From positions 1 through 64,000 of IMG/VR virus record IMGVR_UViG_3300046535_001697: a DNA stretch of 64,000 nt, one strand, 5' to 3'. Both the position numbers and the translations under genes were made by a program. This document shows positions 1 through 9,240 of this stretch, in pieces. Under the pieces are notes generated by a model. The model had not been told where the DNA came from. It searched no databases and saw only the letters and a program-made list of their open reading frames with translations. The DNA is from a virus. Numbering within the stretch: position 1 is the first letter of the stretch; each line of letters begins with the position of its first letter.

Positions 1-108
1 AACGGGCCGTCACCCCAACCCAGGGACACGACCCGCACAATGCGGCCAGCATAGCCAAACCGACCGGCACCCCGCCACAATTCGGACCAACACGCACGAA
101 GGAGCACC

Positions 109-276
109 GTGGCCAACCCGCCCGACCTCCCCGACCAGCCCATCGGCGCCACCAAGACGCAGCAGACCGCCGACGCCGAGGACGCCGCCCAGACCATCAA
201 CCAGGGACTCGCCGACCTGTTCCTCCGCCTCGGCCCCCCGCCCACCGGCCCGGCCATCGCCGAGGAGCAGTCGTGA
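109..276 (+). CDS. Small hypothetical protein
   Basis: AAGGAG RBS, GTG start, stop overlaps next start (GTGA). Confidence 0.55.
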   Translation: MANPPDLPDQPIGATKTQQTADAEDAAQTINQGLADLFLRLGPPPTGPAIAEEQS

Positions 277-671
277 CCGACGATCAGGTCATCTACACCA
301 CCCGCTACGGCACCACCTGGCACGCCACCCCGGACTGCCAGGCCCTCGACGACGCCCGCCTCAACGAAGGCGGCCACATCCTCCAGGAACGCGCCGGGAA
401 GGCCTCCAACCGGCGCGCCTGCCTCGTCTGCGCCGTGGAGCCCACCACCGGCTGGACCGTCATGCCGGACAACCTGAGCGAGCTGTTCAACCTGATCGGC
501 CCCAGCAAGCCCTACTGGTCCAGCACCGACGACGGCCTGAAGTGCACCGGCCTCACCATCCGGGAGCACAGCAGCCGGCCCCGGCAGGTCGCCCACTTCG
601 GCGACCGCATCACCCTCGACCCCGACGGCCGCACCTACACCGTCCACCCCGCCACCAAGGAACAGCAGTGA
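273..671 (+). CDS. Hypothetical phage protein (HxxxxC...CxxC)
   Basis: GTGA-coupled, high GC3 codon usage. Confidence 0.7.
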   Translation: MTDDQVIYTTRYGTTWHATPDCQALDDARLNEGGHILQERAGKASNRRACLVCAVEPTTGWTVMPDNLSELFNLIGPSKPYWSSTDDGLKCTGLTIREHSSRPRQVAHFGDRITLDPDGRTYTVHPATKEQQ

Positions 672-1006
672 CCGTCACCACCCGCGTCCGGCACCTCATC
701 GTGCTCAACACTGGCGCCATGGCCCCCGCCATCTTCCAGTTCCAGTCCCGCGACGTCGGCTTTACGCAGGGCACCACCATCAGCTACGGCGAAACCGTCG
801 TCGCCCAGTACAAGCCCGGCACCCGCCACTGGTCCACCGCCCTCGACCTCGCCGAGCAGGTCCTCGCGAAGGCCATGGAACGCGTCGTGAGCAGCGTCGG
901 CGGGTGGCACCTCGACGAGTTCACCGAAGCCGTCACCGCGGTCCTGGCCGAGGAGAAGTGCCAGCCGTGGGGCGGCAAGGACCCGGTCTCCGAGGAGTCG
1001 TGGTGA
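668..1006 (+). CDS. Hypothetical phage protein
   Basis: AAGGAA RBS, GTGA coupling, begins VTVTTRVRHL. Confidence 0.7.
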   Translation: MTVTTRVRHLIVLNTGAMAPAIFQFQSRDVGFTQGTTISYGETVVAQYKPGTRHWSTALDLAEQVLAKAMERVVSSVGGWHLDEFTEAVTAVLAEEKCQPWGGKDPVSEESW

Positions 1007-1287
1007 GCGACGCCGCGATCCTTGCCGCCGCGGCCCGGGAACTCCGTGACCGCCCCGGGCCGCTGCCGGCCAGCCTGAACCCGCTCATCGCCGACATGCT
1101 CCACCAATGGGCCCGCGTCGGCGGCTGGAACCCCGAACTCCTCCACCGCATGGCCGGCCGCGAAACCATCGCTCTCGCCCGCGGCATCATCGGCCAGCCC
1201 GAGAGCGCCTGCCCCGTCTGCGACGGCCTCGACGGCGACCACCAGATCGGCTGCCAACAGCCCACCACGAAGGAGACCGCCGCATGA
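1003..1287 (+). CDS. Hypothetical phage protein
   Basis: GAGGAG RBS, GTGA coupling. Confidence 0.65.
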   Translation: MSDAAILAAAARELRDRPGPLPASLNPLIADMLHQWARVGGWNPELLHRMAGRETIALARGIIGQPESACPVCDGLDGDHQIGCQQPTTKETAA

Positions 1288-1919
1288 GCGCCATCACGGA
1301 CCAGCACGCCCAGCAGATCGCCGACCGCTTCCGCCGCGAGACCGCCGGCCACCGACTCACCGTCCTCCACGACCACGACAGCTACCGGCACCTCCGATTC
1401 GAGAACCCCCGGCACGGCGGCCTCTACGGCTTCGACCTGCTCACCTGGCCCAACGGCCTCGCGCTCCGCGGTGACGGCCCGAACTTCATCCTCTCCCTCC
1501 GCCCCACCGCCGACCTGTTCGAGATGATCCGCGGGTCGAACAACGGCGGCATCAACCCCGGCTACTGGCAGGAGAAGGTCGTCGCCGGCCAGGTCAAGGC
1601 ATGGTCGGAGGCCAAGTTCCGCGACTGGCTGATCAAGGCTGCCCGGGCCGCCGAGACCCGCCACCCCGGCATCGTGGACGCCGTCCGCGTGGAAGTCCTC
1701 GACAGCGACGAGCACAACCTGGAGCACGAGGAATGCGCCCGCTATGCCGTCGCCGGCTTCGAGCACAAGGGCTACCGGCTGCGGTACCCGGCGAAGTGGG
1801 AGCGGGACTTCGACGACTGGTCGTGGGAGTGGCTGTGGGCCTGCCACGCGCTCGTCCGGGGCGTCGCCGAGTACGACCTGGCCAACGCCGAGGCACCCGC
1901 CACCGCGGGCGCCCTGTGA
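1284..1919 (+). CDS. Conserved hypothetical phage protein
   Basis: AAGGAG RBS, ATGA coupling, MSAITDQ...INPGYWQEK. Confidence 0.8.
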   Translation: MSAITDQHAQQIADRFRRETAGHRLTVLHDHDSYRHLRFENPRHGGLYGFDLLTWPNGLALRGDGPNFILSLRPTADLFEMIRGSNNGGINPGYWQEKVVAGQVKAWSEAKFRDWLIKAARAAETRHPGIVDAVRVEVLDSDEHNLEHEECARYAVAGFEHKGYRLRYPAKWERDFDDWSWEWLWACHALVRGVAEYDLANAEAPATAGAL

Positions 1920-2226
1920 TTGCCCGCCGGCCGGTGTGCGGCAACGACCCGCGCGCCGAGCTCACCGACGGGGACCAGGTCGCCGTGGGGGAGTTCCGGC
2001 AGTACCTGGCCGCCCGCCGCGCGCTCCCTGCGGTCGTGGAGGGCATGGCCCGGGAGAGTGGCTGGTCCTCCACTACGACGCCGACGCGTGGGGCTCGGTC
2101 GGTCCCGCGCGCGCCAGCCTGGAAGAGGCCCGGCTCCGGCAGCGACAGCTTGCCGAGCGGGTCCCCACGCTTCCCACGGCAGTCGTCCGGAAGACCACGA
2201 CCTACGAGATCGAGGAGCAGCGGTGA
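1916..2226 (+). pseudogene. Hypothetical protein with a 1-nt frameshift near 2041
   Basis: 311 nt between coupled start and stop; coding frame switches at GAGGGC. Confidence 0.5.
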
Positions 2227-2696
2227 GCGACGACCTGAACGGCCGCCTGCAGGCCGGCATCGAGCAGGCGCAGCGCGGCGAGACCCACGACCTGGGCGAC
2301 TTCGTCCCGTACATCGACGACGAGCAGGTGCGCGTCACCGCCCGTCCGGACGGCACAGCGATGATCTGGCTGCCGTCCGTCGACTACCTCGACACGATCG
2401 GCGGCTACTCCGCCGAGGTCGCCATCAGCCGGGAGCACGCCATGGAGCTGTTCCAGGCGCTCGGCAAGTTCCTGTGCACGCACGAGCAGACCGACTACGA
2501 GGTGTTCTGGCGGCACGGCTTCGACCAGAAACCCAGCCCGGAGGAGGCCCGGGAGTTCGCCCGTGAGAAGGCCGCCGAGCACCCCGGCCACGAGACGTAC
2601 GCCCGCTACCAGGTCGGCCGGACGTTCGCGGACGGCAGCGAGTGGTACGGGCCGTGGCTGCGGCTCGACCCGGAGACGAAGGAGGAGCAGGCGTGA
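2223..2696 (+). CDS. Hypothetical phage protein
   Basis: GAGGAG RBS, GTGA coupling. Confidence 0.7.
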   Translation: MSDDLNGRLQAGIEQAQRGETHDLGDFVPYIDDEQVRVTARPDGTAMIWLPSVDYLDTIGGYSAEVAISREHAMELFQALGKFLCTHEQTDYEVFWRHGFDQKPSPEEAREFAREKAAEHPGHETYARYQVGRTFADGSEWYGPWLRLDPETKEEQA

Positions 2697-3505
2697 CGAT
2701 CCGGATTGGCCTGGACGCCTGGTACCCGGCGCAGCACGGCATCGGCTACGCGGGTACCGAGGGCCTAGCGCGTGGCGTCATCGTCATTCTCAAGCGGGAG
2801 CCCTACCGTGTCGTCGAGACCCGGGAGGTGGACCCGGCGAACTGGCCCGGCGCCTACCTGGAGAAGTGGACCGAGGCAGGCTGCCCCGATACGGCGACGT
2901 GGCGCTACCGGCCGATCATCCTGGTCCTGCGCGACGAGCGCGACGACACCGCGAAGGCCCTGCACGTGCAGTGCCCCGCCTCGACGACATGGAGGACCCT
3001 GCCCGAGCACTACTTCGTGTGCCGCCGCTGCGGGGAGATCCCGCCCTGCCGGGAGGTCCACAACGAGAGAATCGCGGAGCAGGCCGCGGAGCGGTTCGAG
3101 GAGCGGATGGCGATCATGCCTGGGTGCTGCCACTCCTGCCGGGAGCCGATCACCAGCCGCCAAAAGTTCCACCGGTTCACCGGCCCGAACCTCATCCGCC
3201 CCGACCTCGGCGACGACTCCGCCATCTTCCACCTGCGTGGGTCCTGCCGATCCGGCCGGGACGCCTACGACAAGCGGTGGGCCGAGGCTGCGCCCGGCCG
3301 TCGGCGCAGCTTCTACTGCAACGGGAGCGTGGCCCACCACCACGACGGCACCTCATCGTGCAGCAACCCGGAGTGCCCCAGTGCCGAGGTCCGCCACCGG
3401 AGCGCGGAGTGGCACCGGCCCGGGGTCTACGGCATGGGCTGCTCGTGCGTGTCCGGAGACCTGACCGCTCGCATGCAGGACGCCAGCGACAAGGAGGAGG
3501 GGTGA
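2693..3505 (+). CDS. Cys/His-rich hypothetical protein (multiple putative Zn sites)
   Basis: CRRC, CHSC, CSNPEC motifs; coupled. Confidence 0.75.
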   Translation: MTIRIGLDAWYPAQHGIGYAGTEGLARGVIVILKREPYRVVETREVDPANWPGAYLEKWTEAGCPDTATWRYRPIILVLRDERDDTAKALHVQCPASTTWRTLPEHYFVCRRCGEIPPCREVHNERIAEQAAERFEERMAIMPGCCHSCREPITSRQKFHRFTGPNLIRPDLGDDSAIFHLRGSCRSGRDAYDKRWAEAAPGRRRSFYCNGSVAHHHDGTSSCSNPECPSAEVRHRSAEWHRPGVYGMGCSCVSGDLTARMQDASDKEEG

Positions 3506-3969
3506 CCGCCCGCGAAGCCCCCTGGTCCATCCAGGCCCCCTGGTCCGAGGACCAGGTCCGGAACCTCAACGCCTTCCAGCGGTCCGGGCGCATGCACCCG
3601 TTCACGTGCGGATGGCGCAGCGAGCACGGCGGCGAGGGGATCCTCGTCGCCACCGCGGCCGGCTGGGAGTGCCCCGCCGACGGCTGCGAATACCGGCAGA
3701 CCTGGGCGCTGCCGTTCATGGCCCAGCCGCTGCCGCCGCTGGACCCGCACGACCTGATGGCGCGCGCCCGGGAGGAGAACGAGCGCGGCCGCCAGGCCGT
3801 CATCGCGATCGCCCGGATCAGCTCCCTGCACCGGCCCGTGCAGTACATGAGCGTGACGATCTGCGACCACTGCTCCGTGCAGCGCTCCACCGGGCCCCGC
3901 ACGTGGGAGCGGATCGCGATCATGCCGCACCCGTGCCAGACCATCGAGGCCATCGAGGGGGAGCTGTGA
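3502..3969 (+). CDS. Hypothetical phage protein (MHPFTC motif)
   Basis: GGAGG RBS, coupled. Confidence 0.7.
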   Translation: MTAREAPWSIQAPWSEDQVRNLNAFQRSGRMHPFTCGWRSEHGGEGILVATAAGWECPADGCEYRQTWALPFMAQPLPPLDPHDLMARAREENERGRQAVIAIARISSLHRPVQYMSVTICDHCSVQRSTGPRTWERIAIMPHPCQTIEAIEGEL

Positions 3970-4145
3970 CCGGCGAGGAGTGTGCGGGAGGCTGCGGCCA
4001 GCCCCTCACCCAGTGGCAGCGCAGCGAGGACGGCCGTCAGTGGCACCCGAGGTGCGTCCCGCTCGGCACGCCGATGATGGGCGCCCGCCCGGCGCCGGCC
4101 GACGACCGGCCCGTCGACACCGTGGACCCGGGAGACACGCTGTGA
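3966..4145 (+). CDS. Small Zn-finger-like protein
   Basis: CAGGC...WHPRC; coupled at both ends. Confidence 0.55.
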   Translation: MTGEECAGGCGQPLTQWQRSEDGRQWHPRCVPLGTPMMGARPAPADDRPVDTVDPGDTL

Positions 4146-4384
4146 CCGGGCCCCGCATGACCACACCCGTGAGGATCGTCCTCGCCACGCTCCACGCCAA
4201 CGATGGCCCGATGTACGGCCTCGAACTCGCCCGGGCGACCGGCCTGGGTGCCGGGACCGTGTACCCGCTGCTGCACCGCCTGGCGGGCGCTGGCTGGGTC
4301 GCCTCGGTGGACGAGTTCGGGCCGCATCCGAGCAGACCTGCCCGCCGCTTCTGGGCCGTCACAGAGAAAGCCCCACGGCCATGA
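4142..4384 (+). CDS. PadR-family winged-helix regulator
   Basis: MYGLELARATGLGAGTVYPLLHRL. Confidence 0.85.
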   Translation: MTGPRMTTPVRIVLATLHANDGPMYGLELARATGLGAGTVYPLLHRLAGAGWVASVDEFGPHPSRPARRFWAVTEKAPRP

Positions 4385-4578
4385 CCGGCCCCGACCAGCT
4401 GCCGCTCCCCACCGAACCGGTGCGGGAGCGGCTCCGCGTGCGGGTCAATTGCCGCCGCTGCCACCGCCCCCTGCACGACCCCGAATCGCGCACGCTGCGC
4501 CTGGGCCCCGAGTGCCGCGCTGGAGACGAGCGGACGACCCGGCACGATGTCGACCAGGACACGCTGCCCGGCGTGTAG
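4381..4578 (+). CDS. DUF6011-like Zn-finger protein
   Basis: CRRCHRPLHDPESRTLRLGPEC. Confidence 0.75.
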   Translation: MTGPDQLPLPTEPVRERLRVRVNCRRCHRPLHDPESRTLRLGPECRAGDERTTRHDVDQDTLPGV

Positions 4579-4624
4579 TCAAGTCGCGCCACTCGGTGAC
4601 GGACTATCAGCTACCCTCGCGCCC

Positions 4625-5092
4625 GTGAGCACCAAGCGGACGCCGATCCTGTGCGTCATCTGCAATAAGCCGGCCCACCGCGAGGACCGCGTCCGGACCC
4701 GTAAGGGCGGCCACACCCACCGGTCCTGCCTGGAGCGGGCCACCCGGGCCGGACGTGCCGGGGCCAGCCTCGCACCCCCGGTCCCGCCGAAGCGGGCACC
4801 GCGGCCGCGGCGTGAGCAGCCTGCCGCGCCCGGGCCGGCCGCCCCGGCGCAGCGCCGCGGGCCCGGCAGCCCGTCCCGCTACGCCGGGCAGTGCCCGATG
4901 TGCCAGAAGCCGTACCCGGCGCAGACGCTGGTGTCGAAGATCTTCGCCGGGTGGGCGCACACCTCGTGCGTGTTCCCCGACAGTACCCGGCAGCTGAGCC
5001 CCGGGGCTCAGTCGTTCCTGGACAACAAGAACGCGGTGCTGTCCGGGGAGACCTTCCGCGGACAGAAGCCGTCGGCCTGGCGCCGGAAGTAG
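4625..5092 (+). CDS. Hypothetical protein with two CxxC/HxxC fingers
   Basis: CVIC...HRSC and CPMC...HTSC. Confidence 0.6.
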   Translation: MSTKRTPILCVICNKPAHREDRVRTRKGGHTHRSCLERATRAGRAGASLAPPVPPKRAPRPRREQPAAPGPAAPAQRRGPGSPSRYAGQCPMCQKPYPAQTLVSKIFAGWAHTSCVFPDSTRQLSPGAQSFLDNKNAVLSGETFRGQKPSAWRRK

Positions 5093-5145
5093 GCGGAGCT
5101 GCTGGGGCTTTCCCGTAGCTCTCTCGGGTGACTTCTCCCTCCCCC

Positions 5146-5174
5146 TTGCACTTTGATGGACTATCCATCATAGT
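5146..5174 (+). promoter_or_regulatory. Sigma70-type promoter with palindromic operator in the spacer
   Basis: TTGCAC-17 bp-CATAGT; TGATGGA-cta-TCCATCA at 5154-5170. Confidence 0.7.
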
Positions 5175-5206
5175 TAGGGGTGTCGCCACCGAGGGAGGGA
5201 ACCCCG

Positions 5207-5743
5207 ATGAACACCACCACCGCCAACGCCGCCGCGCAGGCCGGAGTCACCGTCCGCACCATCCAGGCCTGGTGCCGCACCGGCGTCGTCGACGCCGTGA
5301 AGCAGGCCGGCAAGTGGGTCATCGACACCGCCTCCCTCGCCTACCGCATCGGCCTCCCCGCCCTCCTCAAGCCGGCCCGCAAGACCGTCACCCTCACCGC
5401 CGAGATGGTCATCGCCCTCGGCGGCCGCCGCTGGCAGAAGAACGGCATGGACCGCGTCTACCTCAACGACTGGACCGGGTTCGCCGGCATCGAGATCGAC
5501 CGCTACCGGTCCGGCAACGTCGCCAGCGCCTCCATCGGCGGACGGAGCATCGCCAACGGCCGCGTCGCCGACATCATCGGGAAGATCGCCAAGGTCTGGT
5601 TCGACACCGCCGACGGCCTCCTCCACATCACCGGCTGGGACCACGACGCGGTCGAGGTCCGCTACCTCGACGGCGAGCGCACCACCATCAACCTCGCCGC
5701 CCTCATCCGCACCGGCATCAACACCGCCGCCGCAGCCCTCTGA
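5207..5743 (+). CDS. MerR/excisionase-like HTH protein
   Basis: AAAQAGVTVRTIQAWCRTG...GKWVID; GGAGG RBS. Confidence 0.8.
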   Translation: MNTTTANAAAQAGVTVRTIQAWCRTGVVDAVKQAGKWVIDTASLAYRIGLPALLKPARKTVTLTAEMVIALGGRRWQKNGMDRVYLNDWTGFAGIEIDRYRSGNVASASIGGRSIANGRVADIIGKIAKVWFDTADGLLHITGWDHDAVEVRYLDGERTTINLAALIRTGINTAAAAL

Positions 5744-5771
5744 CCACCCACCACCGCGAGGAGAACCCGCC

Positions 5772-6308
5772 ATGACCACCACCACCAGCTACGGCACCTG
5801 GCTCAACCACCAGAAGCACACCCTGACCGTCGAGCAGGCCATCACCGACGCCATCAGCGGCGGCGACAGCGACTGGCTGGAGCGCATGGACACCAGCGGC
5901 GCCTGCGACAACATCGCCTCCGACTACCGCAACGCCATCCAGGCCGCCCTTCCCGACGGCCTGTGGCTGACCGGCGACGAGTTCATCGGCCTCCACCACA
6001 GCGACCCCAGCTACACCGACGCCCTCGCCGAGTTCGACATCACCACCGCCATCGACGCGGTCGACCTGTTCGCCATCGTCGAACGCTGGGACGTCGACAA
6101 CGAGTGGACCCTCGACCAGGCAGCCGACCGGATCGACGCCTCCAGCACCAAGTACGCCGACACCGTCCTGCGCCGCTGGGGCGTCAAGGCCGCCGGCCGC
6201 CAGCCCGGCCGCGGCGGCCAGAACCTCTACCCCGCCTACGACGTCATCACCGCCATGAACAGCCGCCCCGGCCAGGGCGCCCGCACCGACCTCAAGGACG
6301 CGGAGTGA
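5772..6308 (+). CDS. Hypothetical protein with C-terminal HTH
   Basis: WTLDQAADRI...RPGQGARTDL. Confidence 0.75.
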   Translation: MTTTTSYGTWLNHQKHTLTVEQAITDAISGGDSDWLERMDTSGACDNIASDYRNAIQAALPDGLWLTGDEFIGLHHSDPSYTDALAEFDITTAIDAVDLFAIVERWDVDNEWTLDQAADRIDASSTKYADTVLRRWGVKAAGRQPGRGGQNLYPAYDVITAMNSRPGQGARTDLKDAE

Positions 6309-7156
6309 CGTCCGGGACCACAGGGGTGTGCGCAGCTGCCGACCGCGGCTGCGGCACCGCGACCGGCTGGCGCAACAAGGGCCGCTGCCCCGCCTGCCGC
6401 GCCGCCCACAACGAGGACACGGCCCGGCGTCGCCGCCGGGCCGGGGCGCCCCCCGCCGAGGCCGTCGACCGGTACATCGCACTCCTGCAGGCCGGCACGG
6501 ACCCGACCGAGGCCGCCCGAACCGTCGACATCCACCCCCGCAAGGCCGCCAGCCTGGCACAGGACGATCCCCGCGTGGCTGCCGCCCTCGACAGCCTGCC
6601 GGAATCGAAGCTCGCCCGGCAGGCCGCCTACCTGACCGCGCTGCTGGCCCGCCGAGGTGTGCCGTCTCTCGCCCAGGTCGACGCCAGTGTCACGTACGCC
6701 ACCGTCACCCGGTGGCGGGAGGACCCGGTGTTCGACGCCGCCCAGGGCGCCATCCGGAAGCTGTTCACGGGCCGGGCGATCGTGCAGCGGGCACACCGGC
6801 CGGTCAGCGAGGCCCAGTACGAGGCGTACCTGAATTGCCTGCAGGAAGGCGCTACGCATGCCGAGGCCGCCCGGCGCAGCGGGTGCGGCAAGAGCAGCGT
6901 CGGCTATCGGGCCGCCCAGGACCCGGAGTTTGCCGCGCGGCTGCATGCGATTCGGCGACCGGTGCCGCGGAGGAGGAAGCCGCGGGCCGAGGTGGACGGC
7001 GACGCGCTGCGGGCGGTCTGGGCGGACACCTCCAGGACCATCGCGTCGATCGCCGCCGAGTTCCGGATGACGTCCGGGCAGGTCTCGATCCGGGCTCGCG
7101 AGATGGGCCTCCCGCCGAGGAAGGGAAGCCGGCGCGCGGCGTCCGACCGCACCTGA
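6305..7156 (+). CDS. Zn-finger plus multi-HTH protein
   Basis: RCPACRAAHN; repeated HTH-like segments; coupled. Confidence 0.65.
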   Translation: MTSGTTGVCAAADRGCGTATGWRNKGRCPACRAAHNEDTARRRRRAGAPPAEAVDRYIALLQAGTDPTEAARTVDIHPRKAASLAQDDPRVAAALDSLPESKLARQAAYLTALLARRGVPSLAQVDASVTYATVTRWREDPVFDAAQGAIRKLFTGRAIVQRAHRPVSEAQYEAYLNCLQEGATHAEAARRSGCGKSSVGYRAAQDPEFAARLHAIRRPVPRRRKPRAEVDGDALRAVWADTSRTIASIAAEFRMTSGQVSIRAREMGLPPRKGSRRAASDRT

Positions 7157-7346
7157 GCACTCCGCCTGTCGTACCGGCCCGCTACGGTGTTCCTGCGGTC
7201 GCCGTTCACGCGTCGGACCGCATGTCTGCCGGGACCAGGCCTGGCCCGCTGTCGGGCCCTTCCACCCCCAGGGGTGGCTGAAGCCCCCGGAGACGTCCGC
7301 CTTGAGTCCCTGCCCCAGGTCGAGGGGGCAGGGACTCTCGCGGTAG

Positions 7347-8015
7347 TCACAGCGTTTGCACCGGCTCCACATCAGCCGGGAGCGGTCGCGTTCCCCTGAA
7401 GGAGCCGATCCGTTCGAGGTCGACCAGGAGATGGATCTCTCGACAGTCGTAGGCCCATCGGGCGACAGCGCCGTCCATGAAGAGGTGCATGAACGTACGG
7501 CTGGGCAGGGTGTAACCGACCTCCAGCGGAACCGAGAGCGGACGTATCTCGAACGGGGCTTGGACGGCGCCGTGGAGTGCATGGACATGCAGCACCTGAA
7601 CGGCCGTGCTGCGCCATGTGGTCACGGGTTCGACCCATTCCAGGGCCCCGTCACTGTCGGCACCGTTCTGAGTCATGTCGAGGCGTGCCACGAAGGGTGC
7701 CGGGAGATGGCGAAGCCGGGCGGCGTTGCCGACGCGGTCAGCGTCCGGGCCAGGGGTCGTACCGATGGGGATACGCCGGCGGGCGACCTTCCCCGAAGCG
7801 AGCCGGGACACGACGCTGGTGAACGCTGCGACTTGGTGCGTCGGCCAGTAGGCGGGATCCTCTCGGGTCTGCCCAATCGCGGAGACGAGCCAGCTGCCGC
7901 AGTCGCGGGCGCGCAGGCGGGAGGCCATGCTGTGCAGGTCTCGGGCCTGGTCGGGATGGGCGAGCATGTCGGCGAGCTCGTCTTCTGCTGCCTGGTCGTG
8001 GATGGTGCGGCCCAT
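7347..8015 (-). CDS. Hypothetical protein downstream of recombinase
   Basis: GAGGAG RBS, MGRTIHDQ..., atypical codon usage. Confidence 0.55.
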   Translation of the reverse strand: MGRTIHDQAAEDELADMLAHPDQARDLHSMASRLRARDCGSWLVSAIGQTREDPAYWPTHQVAAFTSVVSRLASGKVARRRIPIGTTPGPDADRVGNAARLRHLPAPFVARLDMTQNGADSDGALEWVEPVTTWRSTAVQVLHVHALHGAVQAPFEIRPLSVPLEVGYTLPSRTFMHLFMDGAVARWAYDCREIHLLVDLERIGSFRGTRPLPADVEPVQTL

Positions 8016-8026
8016 GCCAGCTCTCC

Positions 8027-9097
8027 TCATGCGGTGAAGACGTCGTCGGCGGCGTCGATGTAGTCGCGGTTGCGCTTCTCCGCGTCGCGGCGTTCCCGGT
8101 AGGCGATCGTGGTCTTCGGGTTGTCGTGGTCGGCGAAGGCCTGGACCTCCTCCAGAGGGATGCCGTCGTCGAGCATGTGCGTGATCCGGGAGGCGCGCAG
8201 GACGTGCGGGGTGACGTCCTCTCCGGCGAGCAGGCCGGCCTTGCGGCCCATGCGGGTGAGCAGGTAGTCGACGTCGTGCCGGGACAGGCGCCGGCCGTCG
8301 CGGTCCAGGAGCAGCGGACCGTCGGTCCGGTCGCCGACGTGCGCGAGGAGGAGGTCGGTGACGCGCGGGGAGAGGGTGAAGATGCGCTCCTTGCTCTCCT
8401 TGCGGGTGAGGTCGATGGCGAGGCGGTCGTCGCGGCGGCGCAGCTTGTCGACGCCGGCGTTGCACATCTCGGAGACGCGGCCGGCCAGGGTGTAGAGGAG
8501 GCGGCAGACGAGCTCCTCGAAGTCGTCGTCGGCGGCTTCGGCCAGGCGGCGGATCTCGTGCTTCTCCAGGACGGGCGTGGAGTTGGAGGTGCGGCCGGTG
8601 TCGATCTTCGGCCGGTCGTCCTGGGTGACGGGGTTGCGCGGCAGGTCGGTGCGTTCGGCGGCGTAGCGGTGCAGGGAGGAGAGGGAGTTGAGGTAGCGGG
8701 CGATGGTGCGCGGTCGGGCGCCCTGGGCTTCGGCGCGCAGGCGCCAGGTGCGGATGTCGTCGGCGGTGAAGCAGCCGAGGGAGAAGCGGTCGTGGCCGAG
8801 CTCGCGGGCGTAGCCGGCCCAGACGCGGCGGATGTCGTCGGCGTAGTTGCGCTTGGTGTCGACGGAGCCGCGCCGGGTGGAGGTGAGCCAGTCGAGGGTG
8901 AGGAGGAACGTCTCGGGGGTGAGGCACTCGGCGAGGAGGTCGAGGCGCTCGCGTTCGGGGTCGGTCTTCTTGCGGCCGAGGCGCACCGTGCCGAGGTCTG
9001 CGCGCAGGCGTTCAAGGACGAGGTTGACGATGGGGGCCGCCGGCAGTGCGACGGCGGTCTGTTCGCGCGGTGCGATGACCTGATCCATGGCCACCAT
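8027..9097 (-). CDS. Tyrosine recombinase (XerC/Cre-like)
   Basis: SAM-like N-domain; LYTLAGRVSE, PHVLR, DH...TTIAY catalytic residues. Confidence 0.92.
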   Translation of the reverse strand: MVAMDQVIAPREQTAVALPAAPIVNLVLERLRADLGTVRLGRKKTDPERERLDLLAECLTPETFLLTLDWLTSTRRGSVDTKRNYADDIRRVWAGYARELGHDRFSLGCFTADDIRTWRLRAEAQGARPRTIARYLNSLSSLHRYAAERTDLPRNPVTQDDRPKIDTGRTSNSTPVLEKHEIRRLAEAADDDFEELVCRLLYTLAGRVSEMCNAGVDKLRRRDDRLAIDLTRKESKERIFTLSPRVTDLLLAHVGDRTDGPLLLDRDGRRLSRHDVDYLLTRMGRKAGLLAGEDVTPHVLRASRITHMLDDGIPLEEVQAFADHDNPKTTIAYRERRDAEKRNRDYIDAADDVFTA

Positions 9098-9101
9098 TGT
9101 A

Positions 9102-9126
9102 TCCGCATAAGTGAACGTTATGCGGA
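9102..9126. other. Putative dif/lox-like recombination site
   Basis: TCCGCATAA-gtgaacg-TTATGCGGA perfect inverted repeat next to recombinase start. Confidence 0.7.
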
Positions 9127-9240
9127 ATCGCAGGGTGCTCGTCCGAGTGAATGCCGGACTAAGGGTGTTCTGACGAGCGGTCAGGCGCTACGCTGCCCTC
9201 GTCAGAACAACGTTAGATCACGTCTGTTACTACGGGAGCA

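Noticed and set aside
7356-8063. 235-aa plus-strand ORF
   Set aside because: Overlaps the minus-strand ORF that has an RBS and operon context; not fully excluded
8027-9097. Recombinase as prophage integrase marking the element boundary
   Set aside because: Phage-like genes on both sides, no tRNA or host gene junction; resolvase role fits better
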